From the NCBI RefSeq assembly GCF_964188315.1, contig NC_135661.1:44950001-45014000 (forward strand): a stretch of 64,000 nt of DNA, given 5' to 3'. This DNA comes from Podarcis muralis. Its lineage: Eukaryota. Made by a program: the position numbers and the translations under genes. This document shows, in pieces, positions 32,687 through 45,399 of this stretch; position 1 is the first letter of the stretch; each line of letters begins with the position of its first letter. The notes beneath the pieces are model-generated. The model saw nothing but the letters and a program-made list of their open reading frames with translations. It was not told where the DNA came from and searched no databases.

Positions 32687-35600
32687 AATTTGCTGTATTT
32701 TTGTAAACTGCTTAGAGACTGTTCTGGTATTAAGCTCAATATAAATTCCTGTTAAGCTGCAACATTTTACAAAGACTGAAGTTCATGACAAAAGATTAAA
32801 ATGTTATCTACCTCTTGAGAAATTCAATCTGTAATCTAATAAAAATATGAAGGTTAAAAAAAAGCCTGGCAAAAATAAATGAACAGAAGCACATTAGATC
32901 TATACTTGGGGTGCAATCTTGGACGTTATGCCTACAGAATTCTAGTGGGCTTACTTCTGAGTAGGTGGGCATAGGATTGAATTAATTGTTTAAAACCATA
33001 AAATACTGATCCTCTAACATCATGAATTTGGCATAAGGAGTTAACTTCTGACTTAATACTAGGGTTTGGGGAAGATGTATTCCTCAGCCTTATTTCATGT
33101 GAGTAAGGGAAACTTTGAAGGAAAAAATGGCAGAGAGATTAAAGAAAAAGAGTAAACATTTCTACTCCCAAAATCAGTTACAAGCATTACAGATTTTTCT
33201 ATAGCAAGCACTGTGTCCACCTGGGTGATCATGCATATTCCTGTGTACACAACTTGAGCTCTGCTATTCATGCTGCTCTGAAATTAGGAACATTTGTGTA
33301 TTCTAAACTAGCACAGTAATTTCCTTTTCTTCATGACTGTAATTAACACTAGTTCTGTCTCTGAACAGACATTGGCTGCAGTAAGCAAAAGTTATGGATT
33401 GCTGGGGTGGGGCCGGAGCAAAACAGGAAAAGGAGCAGAAATTGTTTAGAAAAAGTATCTTGTCTGAGGAGAATGCACTAAATCATGTTTTAATTCTATA
33501 ACCAGACACTTTGTGGAGAGTTGAGGAGGAAGATTACAACACCACAACTCAACAAAACTCAGCTATACATAGCCTAACATAGTTAGACTACAGTAGCACC
33601 CCCATAGGAAAATCAATATATGAGAGCCCACCTGTATGATGCCTCAGGTTCCAGAACAGAAGAAAGGCAGGAGGGATATCCATGAATAAGAAAACCACAT
33701 ACACACACAGCTGGCCCCACCAGCCAGCCAGCCAGGTATAAGCTGCAGCCATGGGCCACTGGAGGAAAACTGCTGCTATAACCCACAACAAAAGAAATTC
33801 TTGCCCTTATGATGACTAAGTAAAAGGGTTAAAGACTACTTGTTTTCTTAAAACTGGGGAGCATATTTCTGCATTCCCTCTTAGCCAGCGGAAGGTGCAG
33901 CCAAGGCAAAAGCGGGGAGAACCACCTTGCCCTCCTCCCACCACCTGTAGCAATTAGCTAGAAATAAAGATTTAAGCTTTTATTTCAACCCTAGTTACCA
34001 GAAAGGAGAAGGAGCAGAAAAGGTTAACTCCTTCCCTGACAAGCTGCACATTCCATGAAGATTTTATCCCCACACAGGCTGTGGAGTGGTGGCAGCAGAC
34101 TTCTATTAGAGTCAATATAAAGCTTTCTGAAAGCCTAATTGCAGTGAGAGTGTGTTTCTGGAATGGGGTGGGGGTATCACAGTGCACAGGAAGGGCAAGG
34201 CTAGGATGAGGAAAGGACACCAAGGCTTAGATGCAGAGGTTCTAAGGATGGATCCAGTCTTTGGACCAAGAGTTCTCCACCTCTCTTAATGGAAGCAGAA
34301 TATTCAGGAGATGCCTGGGCAATCTCTAACTGCTTGGCTATGAGTGTATGATGCAAGCATAGCTCACCAGGAACCGGATAGCTTACAAATAATTGTATGA
34401 ATATAAGAGCTGTCTCAGTCAGTAGGGCATGAGACTCTCAATCTCAGGGTTATGGGGAAAATATTCCTGCACTTCAGGGGATTGGACTAATGACCCTCAT
34501 TGTCCATTTCAACTCTGATTCTGGATCAGGCCAAAAGCCCATCTAGCCTAGCATTCAAGTGCCTATGGGAAGCTCGAAAGCTGGACCTGGGTGCAACAGC
34601 ATTCTTCCCACCCATGATTCCTCTGAGGAATGAATCGTCATTCATACTCCAAAATCAGAGATGGAAAATATCTAGCCATCCAGATATTGCTGGATTACAA
34701 TTCCTTTCAGCCCAAGGCACCATGACTAAGAGTGAGGGGTGATAAGAATTGCAATTTAGCAATATATGAAGGACCACATGTTAATCACCCCTGCCCTAGA
34801 TCATCTCAGCTGAGGCTGCAAACCGCTTCCTTTCCCTTGGAGTGAGGAAGCCAATTTCACATTGAACATACAACTGCAAAGACTGGAAACAGCTATTTCA
34901 GGACACAAGCCAAAGTGCCCTGGAGGACCATGCCATTTTAGACAGCTGGTCATCAGCTTTGTTTTCCACGAGAAAACGGCAGCTGTTGTCCTTGAAGAAG
35001 GAAGATCCTCACCTGGATTGCGGGACAGTCTTGTCTACAAAGAGGAATATTGCCTTCTCAGACGGCAGTTGAATCCTCTTCCGGATGATCCACATAAACT
35101 GAGCCACAGTGATGTCAGATGGAACCAGGTACTTCCGCTTGTCAATGTCCACAATCTGAGAGCCCGAGACCTTTTCAACAATCACCTGCCCAAAGGACAA
35201 TGGAGGGGGGTTAAATGGAGGGGGACAGGATACATCAGAACATTAACACAAGGACAATATACGCAATGGTAGTTGGAGAGGCTCAGCAGAAATAATGATA
35301 GCCACAGCATATCACAACCTCTTCTCAGTTCTCTGAAATGCAAAGGGAGGGAGGACTTTGGCACTCAAGGTTAAGCCACAAGGGTCTTTTCCCAAACTTC
35401 AATCAGTGGCTGCCCTAACCATATCCTTTCCTGGAGGGATCTGATACAGCCAGTGTCACACAATCCTTGATGGCCTTAAGGCTAGATCACAGCCATGTGT
35501 TCTATGAGGTGTTTGGAACTTCCATTGTTTCCCACTCTCATAATATTGGAACCCTGTAGGGGTAATCCGATGAAGCTAAATGCTAGAAGATATAGGACAG

Positions 35601-36863
35601 ACAAAATAAAGTACTTCTGCACATAATCCATAGTTTAGCGATAGAATTTACTCCCACAATATGTTGTGGTGGATTCTCCTTCATTTGAGGTTTTTAAGCA
35701 GAGGTTGGATGGCCATCTGTCATGGATGCTTTAGTTAAGATTCCTACATCGCTGGGAGTTTGACTAGATGACCCTACAGTTCTATGATGGTAACCAACTT
35801 GGTTGGCTTTAAATGGGATTTAGACAAATTGATGACGAATATAGCTATCAATAGCTACTAGCCACAGTGGCTATGTATATCACCAGGAGCACAGGCCTTA
35901 GGCCTTTGATTAAAAGATATGGTGAATCACAAGTGGGAAGAGAACTATGGCTCCCATATCCTTGTCTTGGGCTTCCTATTGGAGCATCTGTTTGGCCAGT
36001 GTGCAAACTGTTATTTGAGTAGCCAAGAATCTATGGAAAATAAATGATATTTTTTTCCAATTCTAGCATATTATTCTAGCAGCTGTTAACAAATTATTAT
36101 TTCCCTTGCCTTTTTGTGATAAGTTATCCTTAAGATAATCAAACATTACCATATGGTCTTTGGGAGTATTATAGTTTCCCCTTTTTGGTACAACTAAATC
36201 TCAGAATATCTGAATTTCTGTACGCATCCACATAAAGGGGAACCCGTTTGCTTGTTTGCTCTTATGACTGAATACCCCGGCTCATGCCGGGAACCGAAGA
36301 TCCAGGGGAATGTCTTCCCTCCCTCCCTCCGCTTTACAGGTCTAAGTCAAAGATTCCTACCAACCGGGCGAGGCACTGGGCGGGCGGAAAAAGGGAAAGA
36401 TGCTCGGGCCAAACAGGCTGTTTGTTGCTTCGTCTCCGCAGGGCGGATTTCGAACGGGAGCCAACCTGCGCCGATGCTGAAGAGGCCCAGCCCACCCAAA
36501 CCCCACCGCGCGGACCTTCCGGCCTCCTCCCCGAAAGGCGAAGTAGCGGCCGCGAGAGACTTACCGGGACGCGGTCAGGGTACTTGGCCCGGATCTTGGC
36601 GGACTCCACGCAGCGGTGCTCTGCGGAGACAAACAAGGGAGGCGCGTCAGGAGCGGCGGAGAGAGACTCCGGCCGGCGGCAGAGCCCAGCGCCCCCGCCC
36701 CGCCCTTCCCACCCCCCGACCCGCGGCGCTGCGCGTGTGGCGAGACGCCCCTCCCCCCAAGGCCGGGGACCAGGCCAGGCCTCATCCCTGGAGAAGGCGG
36801 CGGCGGCGGCCTCCCTCCTCGCCCCTCACCCAGCGCGTGGTCCTCCTTGAACATCCACTTCAT
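32195..36863 (-). CDS. GABARAPL2: GABA(A) receptor-associated protein-like 2 (GATE-16, ATG8 family), 4 exons, 117 aa
   Basis: Exons 36863-36830, 36620-36565, 35185-35013, 32285-32195. Reads [82 protein letters not shown]...YSGENTFGI, stop. Confidence 0.98.
32633..32681. repeat. (GT)n microsatellite
   Basis: About 24 uninterrupted GT units in GABARAPL2 intron 3. Confidence 0.95.
35510..35870 (+). mobile_element. CR1 LINE 3' fragment
   Basis: atgaagcta...aggacagacaaaataaagtacttc...cagaggttggatggccatctgtca...tggactagatgacc-like CR1 terminus. Confidence 0.65.
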
Positions 36864-37217
36864 GGCGCCGGTGCGGGCGGGCGGGGGAAGGAAGGGAGGG
36901 GCCTGCCTGTCGGTCTTCCTCTCGGTCCGTCGGGCCCGTAGTGCCACCGTCACAACAACAACAACGACGACGAGCAGCAGCAGCCACCACTACGGCACGG
37001 CGGGCGGGACTTCCGGCTCACCGTTTCCCGGCAACCACTCGGGAGCCAGGACTTCCAGAAGGTGGGGCGAAGCGGGACGGCGCAGTGGTCACGTCGCGAG
37101 GCCCGGCCCTCCGCGCATACATCTTCGCGCCCTTCCCGCGCTGATTGGTTGACAGCGCCCGACCCGCAGTGGCGCGCGGCTGGCGGCCGTTGCCCGGGTG
37201 ACGGGCTGTCGCCTGCC
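36864..37217. promoter_or_regulatory. Bidirectional CpG-island promoter GABARAPL2/TMEM231 with RFX X-boxes
   Basis: 354 bp between divergent ATGs. X-box GTTTCCCGGCAAC (37023-37035) and X-box-like GTTGCCCGGGTGAC (37189-37202); ETS ACTTCCGG at about 37009; inverted CCAAT (GATTGG) at about 37143. Confidence 0.8.
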
Positions 37218-40200
37218 ATGGCCTGGCTAGAGGTGGTCTCCGAGAGCGGCGGGCGGCGGCACCGGGTCGCGCTGTGCTCGCTGACGGCGCTCGGGCTTCT
37301 GCTCCTGGGCGTGCTCACCTACGTGCCGCCGCTGCTGGTGGCCTATCGGAGCCACGGTGGGTAGCGGAGGGCCACGAGGGCGTCCCTTCCCCGTCCTGCG
37401 CCCTCCTTCCCTCTGACCGGCGCTGCTTCTTCTTCCCTTCCAGGCTTCTGGCTGAAGCGGAGCAGCTACGCGGAGCAGCCGAGCGTCCGCTTCCGGCACG
37501 AGGTGCTGCTGGTGGGGCTGATGGAGGGCGGCGACTTCGTGGGCTGGAGCTCCTTTCCCGCCTGCAACCGCCTCCTAGGCGACCGCCTGCGCGTCCCGCT
37601 CGTCTCGGTAGGCGCCTCTGAGCGCGTGCAAAGCGCCTCTTGCTGGGGCGGCCGGTGGGGGCGACTCTCAGGGCATCGGTTTCCTCCCTCCTGTAGCTCT
37701 TTAGATCCGCCGGTAAATAGGAGCCGGGCACGAGCAACGTTGACGATGATGACTGCTGAGCTCAGGCTCTCTGCGGGCTCGGAGTTGACAGCAACTATAG
37801 CCACAAAAGAGTGACTCTTTGCCTAGCTGGAACCCCCGCCCACCTCCCAGTACAGTATGTTCTCTCTACGATGAAAGGCAGAGTGGAGGTTGCTGGTCTA
37901 CAGTAGCCTTTTCCTAGAAACACCTCCTGGCTGCCCTTTTTCCTGGTTTCCAGGTGCGTTTGGAAGAACATCACCTGCTCCCATATCTCCTTCTAAGTTA
38001 GGAAGTGATAATGGCAGACTTAAGGCTGTGCTACTCCTGTACTGTCTAGATGAGAACGCAGTTTCCTCAGCCAATAAAGACCCCTAACCTCATCCTAACC
38101 CAACTGGTTTTCAATAGCCAGGGTAAACTTTGGCCCAATTTGCTGCTGGTAGCCAGTTCATTGGTGCCAGTTCTCTCCTGTTTGAATCGGAGTGCACGTG
38201 TCCCATATCAGAGGATGAAACAAAGTGACACTGATTGAAGTTGGAGATGATTGAATTTCTGACACCTCAGACTGGCCCTGTGGTCAAAGCTGTGGCTCGC
38301 AAGTTGAATAGATGAGTGATTTTATCCACAGAGTGTATTGCAAAATCATGGAAGTGGGTAATTGAGGCTTCAAGTGGGGTTCAACTGCTTTTCCTAGGGC
38401 AGTCACCACCTAGGATGACTTCACTGGGTGAGCCAAGACGGAAATGGTTGCTGCCACAACATAGTCCTTTAAAATGAATCTGTTTGGCTGTTGGTGTGAG
38501 GCAAAAAGTGTCTGTGCTTTGCTTTGTCTGCCTACAGCAGGAGACTTGCTAATGAAGCAGTGGGAGGAAGTACCTGAGAGCAAATGGGCTCATGGCTGTC
38601 ATGCCACTGGTTGATTAGGCCATAGATCTTGATGGGAAATCAGTGACTCTCCAGATGTTGCTGGCATCACCCCTTGATGAGAGTCCTGTAACATCTGAAG
38701 AGTCAGTTTGCTCCATGGGTCTTTGGCTTCTAGGTCACTGATTTCAGCAAATCTGACATGATTATGGAGGCCCCAAATCCCAAACACCCAGCATTAAACT
38801 GGATGACTTGAAGGCTGCCTCAGAGACCAATTTGTACCTGAGCCTTTTGTGGCCAGGCCAGAAGAGAGGGACTGGGCAGTTGGGGGCCTACTCCAAGTTC
38901 CCTAGCAGAGGCAAAGGGGAAACCTTCGGTAAAGATTATTGAAATGAGGCCTACATTTCCCATCTGGCCTGGGCTTATCATCAGCTTTGCATGATCCTGT
39001 AGGTGGCTGTATTCTGCCATTGCAAGGGTGTTTTGTTGCAGGCACCTTGGCCTATATTGAATCTAGCATCTGTATTGGGGTGCGTGTTTCCTCTTTACCT
39101 GACATTGCATCTGTAGCTGACATGTAATTGAAATTATTGCTAAGAAGTTTGCTTTAATGAAAGTTCCTGTTGTGCTTGCTAGGCTAGAGAGGAAGACTCA
39201 AATCAAGATGGAATGATGGACCTGTTAAATTTTCATCTGGAGCTTCCACTTCAAGCTACAGAGCAAATAGTTGGGATCCAGCTCATTCTGACATTTACCT
39301 ATCAGTTGCAGGTGAGTGCCACAAGCCATAGCTTTCTAGGTGCCACTCAGTGTTTGAGGACAGGCAGCCTAATCCTCTTACTTGCTGTGGTGATGGTGGC
39401 TGCTGCTTCATTTACTCAGTATCCCATGCTCAGCTAGTAGAACAGCTTTCTATGCAAGTTTTTTGGTGAGGGGAGGTCATGGTTGGGAGGAGTTAAGCCT
39501 CCCTTCCCCAGCTGTGACACATGCACACAAACTGCAATTAAGCTTGAATGAAGTTTTATGCTGGCTATTGTAGGGGTGGGCATGCTGCATGTGCCAAGAA
39601 AGGGCTTGATGGGTCATGTACACCCGCAGCTGGCCCACTGGTGACTCTCAGCAGCAGAGGAAGAGGACTTTGGGCCACACGCTTCAGGGAAGAGATGCGA
39701 TTTCATGGAAGGACTTGCTTGGGACACTACATGTGTGCTTTATTGCTTGGTTTAGTTCATGCTATAATATTTTTTTTTTAGGTGCAGTCATAGTGCAATA
39801 CATAATGCAGACCACCAGTTAAAAAGTTGTATTCCCTCCTTTTCTATATTTGATTGTTTTGATCATTTGTTTTACATACATCCAGCCCAATGCTCTGCCT
39901 ACCAAATAGGAAGCTTTGGTATTCTGAGTGTTGTGTTTGTATCACTTGTAGAATGATTAAGGCTGAGCCATAAACCTTTCCTTTTCTCCCCCCCCCCCCC
40001 TATGCTCCCATTTCAGAGAATGTCTACATTCGTGATGCAGAGCATGGCCTTTTGGCAGGCCTCTTCCCCTTTGCCAGGGTCAAAGGTCTTTGTGAGCGGA
40101 GACCTGAAGCTTCACCAGAGGCAGCCACTTAGCCATACTGGGCTGGACAGCAGATATAATGTGAGTGGCCTTTTCCATTTCAGTCCTTTCAAGCAGTTTT

Positions 40201-43098
40201 GTTGCCCTTTGTGATGTCTTTTCCATGCACTGGAGTCATGCACTAATTGCAAAGTGTGATCATGCCAGTGAAATGTGCACTGTTTGATATTCAGGTTATA
40301 CAGCGGAGGAGATACTAATTTCACATAGCGTTCACCTAGGTAAAGGTAAAGGGACCCCTGACCATTAGGTCCAGTCGTGACTGACTCTGGGGTTGCGGCG
40401 CTCATCTTGCTTTATTGGCCAAGGGAGCCGGCGTACAGCTTCCAGGTCATGTGGCCAGCATGACTAAGCCGCTTCTGGCGAACCAGAGCAGCGCATGGAA
40501 ACACCGTTTACCTTCCCGCCGGAGCGGTACCTATTTATCTACTTGCACTTTGGCGTGCTTTCGAACTGCTAGGTTGGCAGGAGCAGGGAACGGGAGCTCA
40601 CCCTGTCACGGGGATTCGAACCGCCAACCTTCTGATCGGCAAGTCCTAGGCTCTGTGGTTTAACCCACAGCACCACCCACGTCCCTAGCGTTCACCTATG
40701 TCACAACAATTCACCTGTACTGTGGTATTGCCAAGCACCAATCTCATAAAAGGCTAAAGAGACTTCAGAAAGTCTAGGGATCTCTTTGACCGCCACCCAT
40801 TCTAGCTGGAGCATGTCTAACCTGAATAGGAAGGGGTATTGTTAGGGCTGAAGCGGGCATGGGCCCTTCTGGTCTGCATAACTCTTATCTCTTGCCTGAG
40901 ACTTATATTGTGTTGCCTGCCCCAACATGTCTTTTCTTGTTTTTTAATACAAAGTGTTCTCACTGTGACAGGTATCTGTGATCAATGGTACAAGCCCTTT
41001 TGCCCAGGACTATGACCTTGTGAACATTGTTGCAGCATATCAGGAGAGGAATGGTGAGTTTGCATTATGCACAGTCCTTTCTAGGTACTGATACTTGTTT
41101 TTCACCAGCTACTTCAGAATTATGACCAAATGCCTACAAGGTCTTTGTTGTTTCCTTTGCAGTCACAACAATTTTGTGTGGTCCCGGCCCTATCTGGGTG
41201 GTTGGAAGAGCACCTGATGCACCGTTTGTGGTCCAGACAACCATCCACTACCCAGTGGAACTGATCCTATATCCTTTGGCTGCCAGGTGGTTGTGGTTTG
41301 GCCCGCTCGGTCTCAGTCTGGCATGAAAGTGGTGGAAGCTGTTTTGAGCTGTGCTTGGCAATCGTGGCACTTGGTAGGTAGTGTGCTACAATCTGAATGT
41401 GGAGAATGTAGCTGCTGGGTTGGACCAATAGAGAAGAATGCCTGATGAAAAATTCCATGAAACTTGCCTGGAGGCAAGGTGGTGTCGCTGTAGACCACCA
41501 AAGGTGGCTGATTGAAAGAAGATTGTCTTGAGTAGAGGAATGAAATCAAGAAAGCATCCAAAATAGGAAATGTTGTAGCTGTGGTTGACTTCAACTACCA
41601 TCACATAGACTGGCTACATATGTATTCCTGTCTTGACAAAGAGATAAAATTTCCAGATACCTTAAATGACGGTGCCCTAAACCGTCATGGAATCAACCAG
41701 AGGGGACAGTGACCTGGGATCTGATGGTGCCCAGCACCCTTGTGCAAGATGTAAGTGTTGTTGAACCAGTTGGGAACAGTGACCATAGCGCCATTAGTCA
41801 ATTGCCAGGAAAGTCCAACACGCAGTCACTTTTGACTTCAAAAAAGGAAACGTCCCTAAAATGTAAGTATTGGTAAAAAGAAAGCTGATAGGCAAAGTCA
41901 AGAGGGTCAAATTACTCCAAAATCCTTGGGAGTTGTTTAAAGGCAGTATATCAGAAGTTCAACTGGAGTGTATATCACAGATCAGGAAAGGTACCCTGAG
42001 GGGCAGGAGTATGCCAGCATGACAAAGGAGTCAAATGTATGTCAAAAGAGTATGAGATGGTGGTGAAGTTGAATGAATTAATTATATCTTTGTAGAGGAA
42101 GATAATAGGAGAGATCCTAGGGTGTGAACTAAGTCTTAGGTACTGAGGCAGATGGCATTGATGAGAGATGTAGATTTAATAGACAAAATAAGAACTGACA
42201 AATTCACCTCAAAAAGCATAGTATAGATTTGGAAAAGGTTCAGAAAAGTGCAACCAAAATGATCGAGAGGATGGAGCAACTCCACTGAGGAAAGGTTGCA
42301 GCGAATGCATAGCATGGAGAAAGTGGATAGAGGAAAGTTTTTCTTCCTCTCGCATGAACTCATGGGCATCTAGTGAAGCTGAATGTTAGAAGATTAATGG
42401 CCGATAAAAGAAAATACTTCTTCACGCAGCACATTGTTAAACTCGCTCCCACAGGAGGCAGTGATGGGCCCCAATTTGGATGGCTTTAAAAAATTAGGCA
42501 GATTCATGGAGAGTAAGGCTATCAGTGGCTACTAGCCTTGATGATTCTGTTCTACCTCCACTCTCAGAATCATTATGCCTCTGAATAAATTGCTGGGAAT
42601 CACAAGTGAGCAGCGTGTTGCACTGCTGTTTAGCTTGCAGGCTTCCCACACGCATCTGCTTGGCAGCTTTGAGAACAGGATTCTGGACTAGATAAGCCGT
42701 TGACCTGTTACAGAAGGCTCATCTTATGTTCGTAACTTGTATTTACATAGGGATGGGAGTTTTCCTTGTGTCTCCTATTGTTTATTGAGTGTTCTCAGCC
42801 ACCTTTCTTCTAGATGCAGATCTAATCTCTCACTTTGCTGGTCATATGTGTTTGAGGTGTGTATTCTGAACTTGTGTGAAGACACTTGAAAATCGAATTT
42901 TCCTTGACTCTTGCTACATATCAGCCAGGTTTCTGGGAGATGATTAAGTTTGCCTGGATTCAGTATGTTGCCATCCTGCTGATCTTTCTTTGGATTTTTG
43001 AAAGAATAAAAATCTTCCTTTTCCAGAATCAAGTGCTAAGCACAGTACCAGTGACACCAGTTCCCCCTGGGTTGTCATATAAAGAGCACCAGTCCTGA
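37218..43098 (+). CDS. TMEM231: Transmembrane protein 231 (ciliary transition zone, MKS complex), 7 exons, about 314 aa
   Basis: Exons 37218-37356, 37444-37607, 39183-39311, 40017-40160, 40972-41053, 41163-41268, 42918-43098; total 945 nt, in frame. Motifs [48 protein letters not shown]. The last intron is AT-AC. Confidence 0.96.
40339..40685 (-). mobile_element. Sauria-type SINE with 13-bp TSD
   Basis: Full length; TAGCGTTCACCTA duplicated at 40326-40338 and 40686-40698. Confidence 0.93.
41269..42917 (+). other. TMEM231: U12-type (minor spliceosome) AT-AC intron of TMEM231
   Basis: 5' site ATATCCTTT at 41269, branch point TTCCTTGAC at 42900-42908, terminal AC at 42916-42917. Splicing here restores the frame (LIL-YQPGFW). 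Confidence 0.93.
41440..42710 (+). mobile_element. Degraded CR1 LINE fragments (endonuclease and RT end)
   Basis: Remnants of the GDFNY..IDW-like motif (gttgacttcaactacc...atagactgg), LGNSDH (ttgggaacagtgaccat), FDFKKG, and gaaaaggttcagaaaagtgcaaccaaaatgatc. Confidence 0.75.
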
Positions 43099-45399
43099 AC
43101 ATGCTCCTAAAAATACCTAAAACTCCCAACAGGATGAATAAATATCCCATGCTTTCACTTTTTTCTTCAGCAGCTTTGCACATTGAAGATGAGGAGGCAC
43201 CTGTGTGTTTGTGGTCAAGGCTTATTGCAAGAGTGAAAAGAACTCTGTATGTCAGTTCTCTCTGAGCCAAGTATTTCCACTTGAGGTGCTATTTGAGCAG
43301 CATATTGGGAACCTAATTTGCTGCCTTGCATTTTGTCTTCAGTTGTATATGAAACACTATCTGCACACACCCAGATAGTGGCTGAAGGAGCTTCAGTTGA
43401 TAATGAGATACACTGTTTTAAGTAAATTCATTCTCTTTAATACTTTTATAATGGATTATGTTTTGTTATTTCTGCACTGAATTTCAGGCTTGCAGGTTTG
43501 GTTAATCCCCTGTTGTTGTAATCCTACATAGGGATTTTAACATAGAAACAAACACAGCTGTATGAAAAGGCAGCAATAAAATTGCATTTCCAAGAAGGCA
43601 GCATTAGCTGGTCTGTTCAGTCTGAGAGGACAAGGGTAGGGAGAAGCCTACCCACCTCCCACAGCAGAGCAAGCATGCCTGTTTGTACAGTTTAGTTCTC
43701 ACTCTCCAGCATGTTCCTAGGGTGGTTTGCAAAAAAAGTTAATGTTAAAACAAATGTTAAATAAACAGTGAAACACCACAAATTAAAAGCATTTAGCAGA
43801 CATAAAACAAATGCAAATCATGAAAGTAATTAACAGAAGATTTTAAAAGCCTGGATTTTGTTTAGTGTTGTTGGTTTTTTTTAGCAAAACTGTCTTCCCT
43901 GGGTGTCAAAATGACATCCTGGAAACTTGTGCCTGGACATAAAATGGTGTATCCTGGTGAGGTATTTTCAGTTTCTTGTCCCCCAGAAGATTCCTATACA
44001 TAGCTAAATAGTGCAAAGGAGGCAACTGTGGAAATTGTAAAAAAATTGTACCAGTAGGAACAACGGCAAGGGAAGCATAATAACTTTTATTAGAATCAAC
44101 TAAAATGTTACAAAGTAGTGAGCAAGACTGAGTTCTCCAGAAGTCTTCTGCAACAAAGTCATTTGCCACTAGAATGAAAAAATAGAAGGGGAGCAGGCAC
44201 TGTTTGTAAAACAGCTTTGAAATGTAATGTAGGCTCAATTAGGCTAGAACTGTGCATTACTGGAATCAGCCAGCACTCCACCACAGAGCAGAATTGGCTC
44301 TTCTGTAAAACCAGCCATCCAAGCCTAAGAGGCAGGTTCTTGTTGGGCTGGGTTGTTGCTGATTGGTTAACACAAGTACAAAGTAAAGATTACATATAGG
44401 CATTAATCACTAATAGAGTGATTAATAGGCTGGGAAAGGGAGCACAGAACTAGACAGGCATGAAAACCTCCTAATTAAAGTATAACCAATGATTAATATA
44501 TTAAGACTTAAACAATTACATTCCAATAAGTGTGGTCAGCTAAGCATTAACAACAGGTCAAAGAAGTGGATTGAACATTCTGGGATGATGAGGGAATGTC
44601 TCAATATTGGAATGGTGAGGGAGTGTCGGTGTGTGTAGCATCATGCGCAGAACCAGAAACAAAGCTTGGCAGCGAGGCTTTCCCATCATGCCACAGTCAT
44701 GTGCAGAAGCAAGTGTGTAGAGGCAAATGTGTAGAGGCAAATATTCCTATAGGTTCTGATTGTGGCCAGTGGTGTTTTCTAGGAACCATAGGAAGCTGCT
44801 TTATATTGAGTCTGATCCATCTAGCTTGGTATTATCAACTGGAATCTTTCCCAACCCTATCGTGGAGAGGCTGGGGACCGATGCTTTGCATACAAAACCA
44901 TGTGTGATGCCACATCCTTAGACTGTGCTATAGTTTAGCATCTCCCTTTTGCCTTTAGTCCATTTTACTGTTAATGTTTTATGGCAGTTTATGAGGAAAG
45001 TCAGTCTCTGCTCTTATTGGTTGCAGCCAAAAGGCTGCTCAGGACTGCATAGAATGTAAAAAAAAAAAAAAAAATGACCTGCGTCCCCCCTCCCCCAAGT
45101 TGAAGGGCATTGCCGTTCAATTGTGCGTACGTCACGCCTTGTGATATGTGGGGCGGGGCTTACCTCCCCCCCCCCCTTATTCAAGTTGGCACCCCTGCGA
45201 GAAAGTATTTTATATACTTTTATAAATGAGCAGTGGGGGGCAGGAAGAGAGTGATGGGCAACTACAGCTGCCTCGTTTACATTGGGGGGGGGGGGAGAGG
45301 CGGCAGGCTGCACTTTGCATTGCTGCCTCGCCCCCGTCCTTTCACGGACTGCAAATCAGGCGCCAAAGCGCTGGCCCAGCGTCCTAAGGCCTTCGCATG

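Noticed and set aside
36252-37814. Long overlapping ORFs (229, 188, 178 aa) around the GABARAPL2/TMEM231 promoter
   Set aside because: GC-rich shadows; the real exons in this region are already accounted for.
44223-44520. TGTAAT...TTACA segment resembling another solo LTR
   Set aside because: No target-site duplication and no second copy in the window.
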